This document shows, in pieces, positions 11,782-26,300 of a stretch of DNA of 64,000 nt (the stretch's first letter is position 1; every line of letters begins with the position of its first letter). The stretch comes from Chrysomallon squamiferum (Eukaryota; Animalia; Mollusca), in the NCBI GenBank assembly GCA_012295275.1, contig CM022665.1, forward strand, positions 20,770,001 to 20,834,000. The letters run 5' to 3'. A program made the translations under genes and the position numbers. The notes beneath the pieces are model-generated. The model did not search any database and was not told the origin of the DNA. It saw only the letters and a program-made list of their open reading frames with translations.

Positions 11782-14387
11782 CAATAATAATAAATGAAAA
11801 GTATATAATATATATATATATATTTCGGAAGAAAGTCTAGCTTGGTAGGTAATCAACACTTCATACTTTCTTTCTTTTTTCAACTTTACCCCCTTTTTTT
11901 TTTTTTTTTTTTTTATTTATTTTATTTTCTTTTATTTTATTTTATTTTTTATTTTATTTGTTTCTTTTTTCTTTTTATTTATTTATTTAATTATTTATTT
12001 ATTTTGAAGAACAAAAAAAAAAAACAAAAAAACCCACAAAACAAACAACAGCAAAACAAAATAAAATAAAAATAAATATTTTAAAGATGTTGTTTTCGAC
12101 ATTTTAAACTTAGGGAGAAACTTCCATGATTCATGATAATAAAAAAAAAAAAAAAAGTGAAAAAAATGGGAAACAAATTTATACGTGTCTTTTCCTTGAT
12201 CAGTTTTTATTGAGAAACGACAAAAGTAAATCTCAGTTATATTTTAAAACCTGCATCATTTTTTTTTTTTTTTTTTTTCTCTCTCTCTCTCTGTTCTATT
12301 CTTTGCTTTTGTTTTTCCATTTTCCTTTTATAGCCCTCACGGGAGATTTTTACTTTCCACAGCAGAAAACGAAGAAGAAGAAAAACAACAAAAATTCTTT
12401 GAATAATAATCAGCCGATAAAACGCCTGCGAAAATCTAGGTTTATTACCAGCACTATAAATAACCGTGTCGAAAATAAACTTTATTTCTGGAGAATTATG
12501 AACTAGGTCGAAACTAGCGTGACACACACGTTTATCAAAAATGATACGGTGCTTGGTCAGCCTCTAGAGATTAACATAAGGTCTTGTCAGGTCACATACA
12601 CTGACTCTACGTCACAAATCAAATTAAGGCGCCGGCGGTTTTCTCGAGGAAATAAACATTTGCCACTTTGCCGTTCTTTACGCTGTTTTGTAAATGAACG
12701 TTAATAGGTGGAAACAATTCGCGTGCATTGCTGTACACGCGTTTATGTTTTGGAACCTTACCGTAGATAATTCATTTACATATTTGTAAACACAAAGTGT
12801 TAACTCGTTGGGTTATAAATGTGAAAGCAGTGCATTCTGAAGCATTTACATTACCGTGTTTGTTTATGTACTAGACAAGACAGTAGTATGTTATGGTATT
12901 GTTAAACACGGTCAAAAGATAATCATTAACAGAAAGATATAAATAAGTTTTGGACCATCCTGATCCGAAGACGTAATTATAACAAAAAGGAGACAAATTA
13001 ACTAAATTTCATTCTTTCTGTCTCTCTCTAGACACACACGCACACACACACACATATATATAGAGAGAGACGTATCAATAAGCAATAAATATAAGCCTTG
13101 TTTTGTCTTTAACTTTTTAATTAGTTTTAATGATGTCCTGTAGCAGTGATCGATCCTATAATCTTTGACAGACGATCTCTCGCTTTCTTAATACTACTGT
13201 TGTTGCAACTTTAGTGTCAATTTTAAAAATAATTTTTTTTCTTACGATATACTAGGCAACAAAGAAGACTATAAAACACTCTGAACGTGAAGTGAATTGA
13301 ATGATGGAGTCCAGATACACAACACATCAGAGACACACGAGATTCAGCGCATTAATCCATCGCTGCTCTGCAATTTACCAGCGGTAACGCGATTTGCACG
13401 CTCATAATAGCAAAGTCCTCCGTTGTCAAGGAACCAAAAAGGATTCAATTTTGCCGCCAATGACGGGAGATTGGCCGCGCGATAGAGGTCGAAGCCGGGA
13501 GAGTGCTGTTCATAACGTTATTTCACAACTTAACAAAGATAATGAATTCAATTTTAAGTGGAAATTTCTCTGCAATAGCCACCATAAGTGTCTTTTATTC
13601 CGTGTTATTTCCGGACTGGTAGTTTGTCGTCCGCGGTGGAAAATCGAGTTTTTGTCACATTAGTGACTCCCGCCATGAGAGTTCTTGAAGATCCTGTTTT
13701 CCATACAACTCATTCCTGCCGAGTAGTGGCCGTTTCCTGAGACCACGGAAACACAACATACCTGACGATGACGACGTGTTGACTCGATCGATGGATGACG
13801 TTCGCTTTAATAAAATTCAGTTACTTGTTAATGGACAATTTGACGCGTTAGGCCCGAAACGGAATCGTGTTAGCCAACATCTTAAAAGACAGAATGCATC
13901 ATGCTTTTATTGTTGACGATGTCGCTTCTCTGAAAGTACTAGAAAATCGCCAGGCCTTTTTGTAACAAGTTGTTTAGCAGCGACTAGACGGTAAAACACT
14001 TTGTAAGAGAATTAAAGAATCGCGGAAGAGAACTGCAACGCCGAAATGTTTGAAGCAGGCGTAAAGTAGCGGAGTACGCAGAATGCTTTCTAATTAAAAC
14101 ATGCAGATTGCCGGACCCCTGACTTGCAGTGTTTACAGTAACCGACGACGACAACGACGTCGTGTTTGATCTCAGCACACATCGTGTACGTACTCGACTT
14201 GTTCAAAGATCATCGACTTCATTAGATGCCTCGTTAATCTGAATCTAGCCAACATCACGCTCTGACCGCAGGTTTAAAGTCACGCCGCGGTTTTTGTTTC
14301 TGCATTTCTCATCTGTAATAAACCTTTCTGTGATTTTCTTGTTTACTGAATAAACTGTAAAAGTATATTCAAATTTGCTACTTTTAA

Positions 14388-14429
<42 letters not shown>

Positions 14430-14565
14430 TTATTTTATTTTATTTCATTTTATTTGTTTATTTATTTATTTATTTATTTTAAATTCGTGAAACTTAAATT
14501 CGGGGTTAAAATAGTTTACAATTCATGCAATGAATTCGTTTTTATCCCCGTTTCTCTCTGTCAGA

Positions 14566-14654
<89 letters not shown>

Positions 14655-15100
14655 GCCTTTCCTTGGTAATTGATTTCACTTCTTAGTAATAATCTTTATG
14701 ATTGCCAAACGTTTCATTTTCTAACAGTTAACTTTAGCCCTATTTTCTGCGTGTCGGGTTCCGGTTTTAGATTCACTTTAACACGTTGCCCGGTATCGGA
14801 AAATTAGCCCGACGTTTACCGTTTCCTTCGCCAGCGTGCTAGTCACGATTGGAATTGCAAACACGACTGTGAACTCGATTCTTCAACAGCTCTCCTTTTT
14901 TCATTCCTCGAGAACTTTGTTTTCTTCCAGTAATAGAACTGAAAAAGCGAGTAGGACCCCGTCAATAGTTTGAGAATTCTGACGCCTGAAATACCACGTA
15001 CTTTTCAATCGTGGGAATGGATTTTTTGAAATGCAAGAAATGTGTTTTCTAAAGTAAACAGCGAGCTTATGTCCTGCAGTATCACACATTTGGCAGATAA

Positions 15101-15134
<34 letters not shown>

Positions 15135-15548
15135 AAATAAATGTCACCTGAAAAATTCAAAATGAACTTCGAGATATCGAGCGTCTTATTCAGTTTTCAT
15201 TTGCTACTTCTGAATCAAAATTCCTTCGCTTTGCCTTTCAGAGTGTAAAGATGAAATACATTCACGTTATCATATGAAACGAAAATAGTTTTCAAAATTA
15301 AATTAAGATAATGTTCTATGATTAGTCAATTTAATAATTTCTTAAACACTCTATGTTCGTTTTGCTGTGGCTCAGATTGCTACATGAACCACAAACACTG
15401 GTATAAGAGAGACTCGTTCTTTAAAATATGTTAGTTAAATTTAAACATCGGATTCTGTCAAACTGTTACAGTAATAATGTTATTTTTAGTTCAGTTTAAA
15501 CATAGGATTCTTTCAGTATAATGTTATAGACTAAGCCAAGAGTTAAGG

Positions 15549-15615
<67 letters not shown>

Positions 15616-17425
15616 TAATAAAAAGTTCTGAAATAAAATTTAAAAAATAAAAATAAATAAATAAATAAAGGATAAAAACAAATACTGAAATAAAATTTAA
15701 AAATATTAATATAAATAAATAAATAAAAACGATGCCGGGCATTTAAGAATATCTATATTATTATTGTTCCAAGTACAATTATAAAAAAAATTGATAAATT
15801 TAGAACATTTTGGACATTCTACAGTAAATACATCTTTCTTTCTTTCTTTTTTTTCTCTCTTTTTTTAAATTTTTTTTTTATTATATTTTTACTTCCAGTA
15901 ATACTGACATTGTTTCTACAACAAAATCATATTAAAACATTTGTATATATTAATAAGTGGTCATCGTATATTAAACAAATATTAAATGATCAGAAATTAG
16001 CAAATTGTTTTATCGTAAAACTGCAGGTTACTATTTTAGCTGTTCTTTTATTACGAAATATTACCGAGGAAAATATTAGACTGTTAAACCATGATATTAT
16101 TATTTTTCTCAAACAATTTTAAATTGAGTTTGATACTGTCAAAAAAAAATAATTGTTGCAATATTTTTAAAAATTCGCGATTAAATAAATAAATAAACAA
16201 GCAAGAAAACAAACAAACAAATAAACAGTTCAGTATCCTAAATCAAATCAGTATATACTAGTAATTGACTTATATCACAAAATATAGAAAAACAGCTGAA
16301 CCGTATAAACGGGTCATATTCATGTTCCTTTAATAAAACTTTAATCTTAAATATATCGGTAAAATAAAATATTTAAAAATAAAATAAAATATGGTTAACC
16401 TTTGTTTCTGGTAACAGAGATCTAGTAAAAGAAAAATATTTATAAATGATGGAGGTATAGAAAAGATAAAAGTGACATCTGGTGTTAAATCGTTCAGACG
16501 TTCGTGTCGTGGTAAGAGGAGATAACCTAACAAACGCGATGCAGCCTCCAGGGAACACTCATGTAGCTGACGGTGTTGACGTGGTAGTCACGGCGAGATA
16601 TCTGACGCTGAACAGTGAGCTAATAATGACTGGTGTCATAGACATAGACGATCAGCACCGAGCGAGACGATGACGTCGTTACAACATGACATCATTAGAA
16701 TATGACGTCATTATTACACCAGTCGTAATAACACTCTCACCAGGAACCAATCCATAATTTTAAGACGTAGAGGTTGGAAGGGGACATTTTCATTTTTATG
16801 TGTGGGTTTATATCTGAATAGAGTAAATTTCAGGATGAAATAGTTTTAATTATATTTATTAAATCCGTAGGAAAAATAAATAGGGACGTTGCCCACACTA
16901 CAACTGCGCATGATCATTGCTCATTATCTGGGCCAATTACATACAGGAGTTGGCAATATCGGATACAAATAGAATCGTATTGTTGGTCATTTCTATGGCA
17001 ATGGTTAGCGTTTCGGTAATTACATACGTAGTGCGTTCTCTGAAACTGCCTCTTCCTTTTGCACATCAGATACAAAAATTTCCTTTATGATAATCTGTAG
17101 ATTTGGTAACAAGCAGCAGTTTTGAATAAAATGAAATAAAAAGATAATTTTCGAAAAAATATGCAGTTTTTTTTTAAATAATGATGAAAAATATCATTGA
17201 TTTTATTTTATTTATTTATTTTATTTTATTACTTTTTGTTTGTTTCATATCTGTAAATTGAATGAGTCCAGTTGAGATGAAAAGAAACAGCTAATTTGAG
17301 GTTAGAAAATATTTATAAATTCCTTTCATCAAATGATGTGTGAAAATGAACAAGTACGCAAATTATGATTATTTTTAATAATACAATGATGATGGTGGTA
17401 GTGACGTTAATGATGATGATAAAAA

Positions 17426-17460
<35 letters not shown>

Positions 17461-17878
17461 TCAATAATAATAATGATGCATGTTTCCTTGAACTAAAAAC
17501 ACTGTATGGATAACTCATAAAAATTTTGCTTTACAGTTGTGACCTACATCCTTCCTGACTTCGCGATGTCTTTAGAAATCTAATGTTTTTATTTCCTCTC
17601 ATTGTTTTTACAATATGCAGACACAGTACTGTTTTCCTTTTATTATATTTCAGTAAGAAAAAATTGTAATTTATTAATACCTAACATATTACTCTCATCA
17701 GTTACGTATAGCCAGTAAACGTTTGTCTTGGTAAAGTTACTCATGTACAAATTTTCTGGTTTAAGTGTGATAACATGTTTAAAAGAAAGTGAATATTTTG
17801 GTGGCCATATTTGTTACTTATTTAGTTATTTTGGAAATTCACTAACTCGAATTCTATCTTATGAAGGTAAAGTGAAAA

Positions 17879-17914
<36 letters not shown>

Positions 17915-18347
17915 TAATTTAATATTATTATTAAATTTTGAAAATGAAAATACAATTTAAAAAAAAGAAAAGAGATAAAATGTTGTTTCCTTGCTTCTCC
18001 CAGCGTCAGATTTAATCTTCATACTGACGATTAAAAACTTATTTATTTATTTATTTTTAATCAATTAATGCAACATTTTTTTCGAAACCGCTTTGAAAAG
18101 TGACGTCCTTTCAATGTCTTTATATTTTTTTATGAGTTTACGAAAAATTCATTTAATATATTCTGATACAAATTTTTGCAGATGCTGAAGGTAAATATTA
18201 TTTTGAGAGTGAGCGCTTTAAGACATCAGAGATTTTTCTTTTTCATTCTAACAGGATACAGCATCTTACAACACTGCCAGACTCTTAACATTCCTGATAA
18301 TTCTAGAATATGACCACTAATGTAACTGAACAACGTCAACAAAACGA

Positions 18348-18503
18348 TTACCAGCCAAAACTTCCACTTGTGAAAATGTCGTACCCCAGTCAGAACGCCC
18401 GCTGGACAAAAGGTAGTACCCCAGCCAAAACGTGCCCTTGTTAAAGCATCGTACCCAAGTCAAAACGTCCCCTGATCAAAACGTCGTGCCCCAGATAAAA
18501 CGT
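18348..18503. repeat. Degenerate 35-bp GC-richer repeat (~4.5 copies), possible DNA-transposon subterminal relic
   Basis: gt(a/g)cc(c/a)ag(t/c)caaaacg core recurs at about 35-nt spacing; each unit appears to be two related ~17-18 nt halves containing aaaacgt. Confidence 0.6.
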
Positions 18504-19683
18504 TATTAATTTCTTATTTTTATTGTTTTTTTTTTTTGTTTTTGTTTTTGGTCTCTAAAAATACACTCTCACACGGACAAAAAAATACACAGTCATCGAA
18601 ACACACACATACACATACACACAAACGCAAAAAATACCCTCACACACACAGAAACACGATCACAAAATAACCACACATTTTGTTATAAATTTTAATACTA
18701 GAAAAAAATTGTTTAACAATGAATGTGTGTGTGTGTGTGTGTGGATATATATATATATCTGACTGAACTGAATATTTCAGACTGCCTTTCTTTTCTCGGA
18801 ACAATAAGTAAAATACGATGTTTACCGAAAGTCAATAAGAAGAAACATTTCGTTAAACAACGAATATGTCACCAATATTTTTTCTTTCTTTCTTTCCTAT
18901 ATTTTTTGTTTTGTTTGTTTGTTGTTTTTTTTTTATTATTATTATTTTTTTTTTTTTTTTTTTTTTTTTTGTTTGTTTCCCGTGATAAGCAGAGAAGCAG
19001 GTCGTCAGAATTCTCATTTCGTTTCACTGCAAAGAAAAGGAATGCTTAATGACACCCTGGTGCATGGTTAATCATCGGAAACTGCCGCTCTGGTCACGTC
19101 AAGCCAATAAAAACAGTTTTTATTTCTCTCTCTCTCTCAGAAACTACTGTTCTTACCGCGCTTGTCTTAACAGCGCGATCATGTTTGTTTATTCTTGTAG
19201 TCCTCATACGTTCCTTCTGATGATTGTTCTTTAATTTCCATCACCACAGTGATGATGATGATGATGATGATGATGATGGTGACGCTGATGGTGAAATTTA
19301 TTTGTGTTATTAAATTATTATTTATTATTGTTGTTGTTATTATTGTTGTTTTTGTTATTGTTAAAATTATTACTACTATTATTATTATTGTTATTTATAA
19401 TAGACGTACTAGTACTAGTAGTAGTAGAAGAAGATGTAGTAGTTAGTTTTGTGGTAATAAGAGTCGTAGCAATGTAGCAATTAGTAGTAAGAGTCGTAGC
19501 AATGTAGTAATAGACTATTATTAGTAGTGATAAATGTAGTAATCTATTATTAGTAGTGATAAAAATCTAGTAGTTATACTATGGTAGATGTAGTAGTAGT
19601 AGCAGCAGATGTGGTAGGAGTACTAATACCAGTAGAAGAAGAAGCTGTTTTTGTAGCAGTACGTGTGTTTGTGTCTCTGTGTG

Positions 19684-19783
<100 letters not shown>

Positions 19784-20378
19784 TTCTCGATGCAGTTCTA
19801 TATCGTCTGTAATACTCACACCAATAACGTAACCACGTAATCATATCGACGTATGTGACTGGTTACGTAATAACCTCTTCTCACTCACACAAAAATACAC
19901 TATCGCTTGCACTTAGCCCTGAACGAAATATTTTCACTTTCTCTCTCAGCCGCTAAAATAGATTTTTGCCATTGGGTTCAAACCATTACGTAGACTGGTA
20001 AAATTCCTGTAATTAGATTTATTTGTTGACTGGGGCAGTGCGAATTACATTAGCTGCGTTAAAACGAACTTTTTCATAACCTCTTTCATTTATTACTTGC
20101 CTCTGGTACAAATACTCTTCCGGATTTTTTTTTTCATTTTTTTTATTGGATTTGTTTTTTCTTCTTTTTGGACATTTTTGTTCATATTGCCATCTTTTCT
20201 TTACTTTTTCAATAAAATCAAAATTTTCTTATTTTTATTTCTTTTTCAACACATGGAAATGCTTTCAAAAAGTTGGCTTCCTGTCAAATCGTATTTTTGT
20301 CGCTAATTTAATCAATTATACTTCTCTCTCCAGCATCAAAAAATAAAAACAAGTTGTAAGCAAAAACAAACATCAAAA

Positions 20379-20413
<35 letters not shown>

Positions 20414-20606
20414 ACATAAAAATATTTTTAAAAACATTTAACAAAAAAAAGTGTTTTTTGTTTGTCCTTTTTTTTTTTTTTTTTTTTTTATTTATTTATT
20501 TATAGCAACAAAACGCTAAATTAAATTCATAACATCAATAGATTTGTCTGTTTATTTCATTTTATTAATTTTTCTACGTGGGTAATCTTTTCTCTTTTCT
20601 AAACTT

Positions 20607-20658
<52 letters not shown>

Positions 20659-22465
20659 TCTTTCTGATTATCCGAATTCACTAATTATTTTGTTCACACC
20701 TGCAATTAGACAAAAATGTAATGTAAACAACATCAGATTATTTTCTCCTGGTGTAATTAATCTAATTCTGTGTCTCACAAATAACGACTCCTGTTTTAAT
20801 CAGGAGACTACTGACAACTGGCAGACGGAGGGACATTTTGATATCTGTTTTAATGACTGGCTATTACACCCAGTCAAGAGTGAACGTTCATTAAAAACAG
20901 TCGTCGTACACATTAATCACGAGAAGACGTGTTAAATAAACAATAAACGTTTCTCTCTGACTGGCTTTAAGAAGATAAAATATTTGCCAAGGTGTATATC
21001 GAGTTTACTGGCACACCACCAATGCATTAGGTTACAAAACTACCAACACAGACACACAAAATTCATTAGCAATCCAATTTTCCGGAAGTACTTTCCGATG
21101 AGCCGCGTCATGTCGTTAGCAGATCGTGAAGACGCGCCATCTGCTGGCGAAGGTAATCAGTTGCTATTAGATACAGAAACGTTATTGCAGACGTTTTGAA
21201 GTTGGAGAAATCAGCGCACCAAACGTAACACATTTAACCTTCTGAATCAAATGAAGCATAAAGAGAACTTGGCAAAGCACTCGTTGTTGCCGAGTGCATG
21301 TCTACTTGTGTGTGGCTGCGCGGTAAAAAATAGTTCGTGGTATTTTAATGATAAAATCAGTGCACCAGACTGAGAAAAAGCCTACTGTGAGATAAACCAG
21401 CATTGTTCTTCACTGCGCAAAACCACGAACACAGTTCCTGGTATTTTAATGACGAATTCAGATTTTTTAACAACGATTCTTCATCGGGAACTGTTAAATG
21501 AGTCCATTCTTATATGACCAAACGTTATCGTTTTTTAATATTTTAGTTACAAATTGTTAAATGAAAATTACTTAAGCGATTAAAAATAAATTAAATATTT
21601 ATTAATATTAAGCATTATTAGAAAAGAAAATAGTTTTATCTTCTCTTGCTTATGTCAGCAGAATGAATCTTTTCGTTTCACTTTCACAGAAAGGAAAATA
21701 CTCACATAATAACATCGTTGAGCACTTTTTGGAACTGGAAATATCTGTTGTTCTATCGACTAAAGCAGTTTCGGCAAACAACACGTAACAAAGTAACTTA
21801 ATGCTAAATGTAAGCTTCAAAGTCCGGTCGTAACGGGTTAATAATACATCTCTGACATGCTGTTTGTCATCAGAAGATACACAATTTAAAAACAAAAACG
21901 TCAGACAATTTGTTTTTTGTTTCTGCACGCGCCACCCAGAGAGTACGTAATACTGCGCGTGCCAAGAGACCGCGGGACATAAATGGTTTTGACGGTTTCT
22001 TTAATGAGATTCTTAGCCACTAAAACAAAACTGAAAGGACCACACAAACACAAACTTCAAACCTAAAATACATATATAATGTAAAGATGAAATGAGACCA
22101 AAGACGTAAATATTTTATATGTCGCCATCTCCTTATTTCATACTAAGATAAGTTTTAAAAATAATTAGCCTATAGTGACAAAAAATATATATACTGCACT
22201 TAAAACCTGAACTAAGATACGTTTCTATTTACATATAATTATCTTTTAATGTATCATGTACAATGACTTCAAAAGCATAAGTTTGTTATTTTATTTCATT
22301 ACTGTTTTATTTAAGTTTTATGTGTGATGGTAAATTAAAGGCACATTCTTTATTATCAAGAGAATAAAGGTGGGAAAGACAAAGAAAAGACTAATAAATA
22401 AATAAATAAACAAACAAACAAATAAGCAAACATTCAGTAAATAAAAATAAAAAAAAAAAAAAAAA

Positions 22466-22517
<52 letters not shown>

Positions 22518-22903
22518 GCAGCAGTAGTAATAAACAATAAATAAATAAATAAATAAATAAAAGAGAAAGATTTATTTGAAACTACGGTCCCGAACATTTA
22601 GACAGTGGTGTTAAAATCACGAGACCTCCTAGGTGTCGCCACGAATTTTATAGATGATAAAATTGCATGCCGCCATTTCCCCAGGGACGACCACTCTAGT
22701 CGATAATATTCTACACTGACGATGTTTTATGTGTTTTGCTTAAAACCTTTTGATGCGTAAAGGATGTGAAATCAATATTTATTACCTAAAATTCTATACA
22801 TCGAGCGCTTTATTCAGGCTCTGATCATGAACGACATTGCGAAAAGAAAGACGTTTTTCTAACTTTCATAACTATGCTACGACAACGGACCAATAGATTA
22901 TTC

Positions 22904-22948
<45 letters not shown>

Positions 22949-22975
22949 GGTTTAGGTCCCACGAGAAATCATAGT

Positions 22976-23007
<32 letters not shown>

Positions 23008-24169
23008 GATTTCTGAACTGGAATTTACAATATGGGTATTGAAGAAAAGAACTGCGTTTAAACACGCATAGTAATCTAAGAGGTGGATGAAAAAGAAGAA
23101 AATGTCTTCCTAACAATAAAATGTTTCATTCACAATGGATGAGTCTGAGTTTTGTTTAATCAGATGTTATAATTAAATTAATAAATAAATCCATTTCGTA
23201 TGACATTTCGTTTCTTTTTCCTTTTTAACTGCATATTTCATCACGATATGAAAACGTCTGATTTGAACTGATTCGTTTTAAACTTTGCAATATATAATTT
23301 CTAGTCCGTTTAAGTCCGCAAAGACAAAGACACACATACACACGTAAGCGGAGAAAAACACACACAAACACACATATACATAATATACACCTGCAAACGT
23401 AGATGATTTTTGTTTTTATAGTATAAATCAGGCTAACCAGATTTACTTATTAAAACCTCTGATATTAATGATACAAAGACCTACATTTTATTCAGTCTTT
23501 TAAAAGATAATTAAAAGCTTGAAATCGAATAAATTTTCCATCCTTCGATCAGCACCTAGGAAACAAATAAACAACAACACTAACACAAATAGAAAATAAA
23601 TAAATAAAAAATAAATAAATAAATAAATAAATTGATGATGATGAATGAATAAATAAATAAGATAATGACAGTTTGTAGAGTTTTTTGTTTTGAGAATGAT
23701 AATAATTGAAGGTTGTAGAGAGAAAACGATACAGCAACATTATACAGTTCTCCAGAGAAGCAAGTTCTGTAGTTCTGTAGATGCGAACCAGGCACGTATC
23801 TGCCTTAATACAGACGTCTTAACCACATTCCATTAATTTTACGCAGCCTAAAAATGGAGAATCGTTTATAGAGAATATAGAAACGTTTTAATATAGTATA
23901 CCGTTATACAGAAAAACAACTCTATTACTTTGGGACCTAATTATGGAATTTGGACAGAATATTTCTCCTGTAAATAGTCATGAAGCACAAGAATAGATGA
24001 CTGTCAAGGGGTCACTGCGGCTATAATCAGAATATCGAAAAACTAGTAAACAGTAAGCCAAACAAAGGCGATGTTACAAAAATAAAAATAAATAAATAAA
24101 TAAACTTGAAATCTTCATACTGAATATCTCAGGAAAGTGGCAGTCCTCCTTCTAATCATAATATTAACA

Positions 24170-24228
<59 letters not shown>

Positions 24229-24347
24229 TAATAGTAAGATGAAGAAGAAGAAAATACCATGTTTTACAAACTTACACGACACTTTGAATAAATTCATTAA
24301 TCACCAGTATTATCACCCTAAAAAAACACACATTTAAAATGAATACA

Positions 24348-24382
<35 letters not shown>

Positions 24383-26214
24383 ATATTTCCTTTTTTTTTT
24401 TTTTTTTTCTTCGTATCATTAAATACTTGAAATGTTTGATGTCTATTTTCAACTGTTTGGAATCGATAAATTTCATGGTCGTAAGTAAATTTGAGTAATT
24501 AACATTTTTACCAAAAAAAGTTATTTTGTATTTTGTAATTAACGTAATACTGACACTGACATTTTTAAAGCGGAATTCTATTAACGTTTATGCTGCAAAA
24601 ATCAGAAAGCAACTTTTATGGGGGTGTTGGCAGTCCGAGAGAAAATAGTATTTAGCAAAAGTATTTATTTATTTATTTGTTTGTTTGTTTGTTTGTTTGT
24701 TTGTTTGTCTGTCTGTTGTTAGTTAGTTAGTTTATTTGTTTGTTTCATTCTTTATGTTTTAATATAAGGCAACTCGTAGTGATTTAAGGTACCCAGTAGC
24801 AGAGCTTTTGGTCATTAGACAATCATAAATATCCTTAACTTCGTTATCTTTTCTTCTTCTTCTTTTTTTTTTTTTTTTTTTTTTTGACCGCTTTGGTTAT
24901 TTATTTATTTATTTATTTATTTTATTTTATTTTATTTTATTTTTTATTTCATTTTTTTTTTTTTAATTTACTTTATTTATTATTATTATTTATTTTTTTG
25001 CTTCTTCATTTATAATCATCATCACGCTTATTTTCAATTTGATATTTATCTTGTCTCTCTCTCTCTCTCTCTCGTCTATCTGATTACATTCGTATATAGT
25101 GATTTTACGAAGAATAATAAGCCAGACAGACACAGACAATTTCGGCTCCAATAAAGTTGTTTTAATATGTACAAATCTCGTCTGACAGTGGTTACCAATC
25201 TAGCTCTGTGTTTGCACCAGCAGTTATATTGTGTTTCTTCTTCTCCTCAATCGTCTGCGTCCAGTCTGTGTTTGCTGTCTTAATCTTCCCAAGATGTCGG
25301 AGTACTTCTTCATTTCGCTACTCATCGAAAAATTTGCGATCGAGCAAACAGTTCCGCGTGGACAAGAATAAAGTATTCATTGTAAAACAAGAATAGCACC
25401 AGGAAAGCCAATTTCTTACAAGTGTTTCAGACTCCGATTTTAAGCCGTCCAGTCTTTGCAAATTAACTCCTCTCTCGTCTTTTTAAACCCAGCATGGCGA
25501 GTTGTATCTTCTGTGTGGTTTTTCAGAAAAACGGAGAGCTCCTCTTGGTGGAGGAAATTACATCGTGTACGAGCATGATAAAATGACAGCGGGAATGAAT
25601 TCTGATCAATTGCGCGGAGAATGGAAAGTGTCAGGAAGGCTGGCTGACATCGCTTTATCGGTGGACCAGAAAGGCAACCAACAAAAGATAGGTGCATTTT
25701 CCTAAATTAAATTCCAACTTGGGATCGATTTGTTTTGTTGGTGCGGATATTTGTGAGTTTGACGTTGTGCAAATAACTGTACCAGATTGTAACAATTGTC
25801 TCCTACATGACTGCTGCAAGTCTCTTTGATAATTCCAGTCGTGATTTTTAGCCGCCTTTGTTTTATGATAATATATCAGAATGACACTGTTTCGTTATAA
25901 ATCTTCAAAAAATAAAAAAATAAATAAATAAATAAAATAAAAAATAAAAATTAATAAATTGAGAAACAAAATGAAATGAAAATAACAATAACAACAACAT
26001 TAATAATGATAACAACAACAACGACAACAACAACAACAACAACAATAATAATAATAATAACAATGATAACGACAAAAATAATAAAAACACCACTACTACC
26101 AGCAACAACAACAACAATAAAAAATAAAAATTTATTACGTAAAATATACATATGTGAAAATATAGCGATCTCATTTCGTTTTTAAAATCCGAAAAATGAT
26201 TTTGCTGCAACATG

Positions 26215-26300
<86 letters not shown>

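Noticed and set aside
18348-18503. CRISPR-like appearance of this and the other 40-50 bp arrays
   Set aside because: Eukaryotic context, no cas genes, and inter-core segments are mutually related rather than unique spacers.
24829-24840. ATATCCTTAAC, AT-AC U12 donor/branch look-alike
   Set aside because: No recognisable exon on either side; likely chance.
25210-25320. Minus-strand peptide RNEEVLRHLG reminiscent of the RTE-clade LINE C-terminus
   Set aside because: Only a few residues match and the surrounding frames show no reverse-transcriptase similarity.
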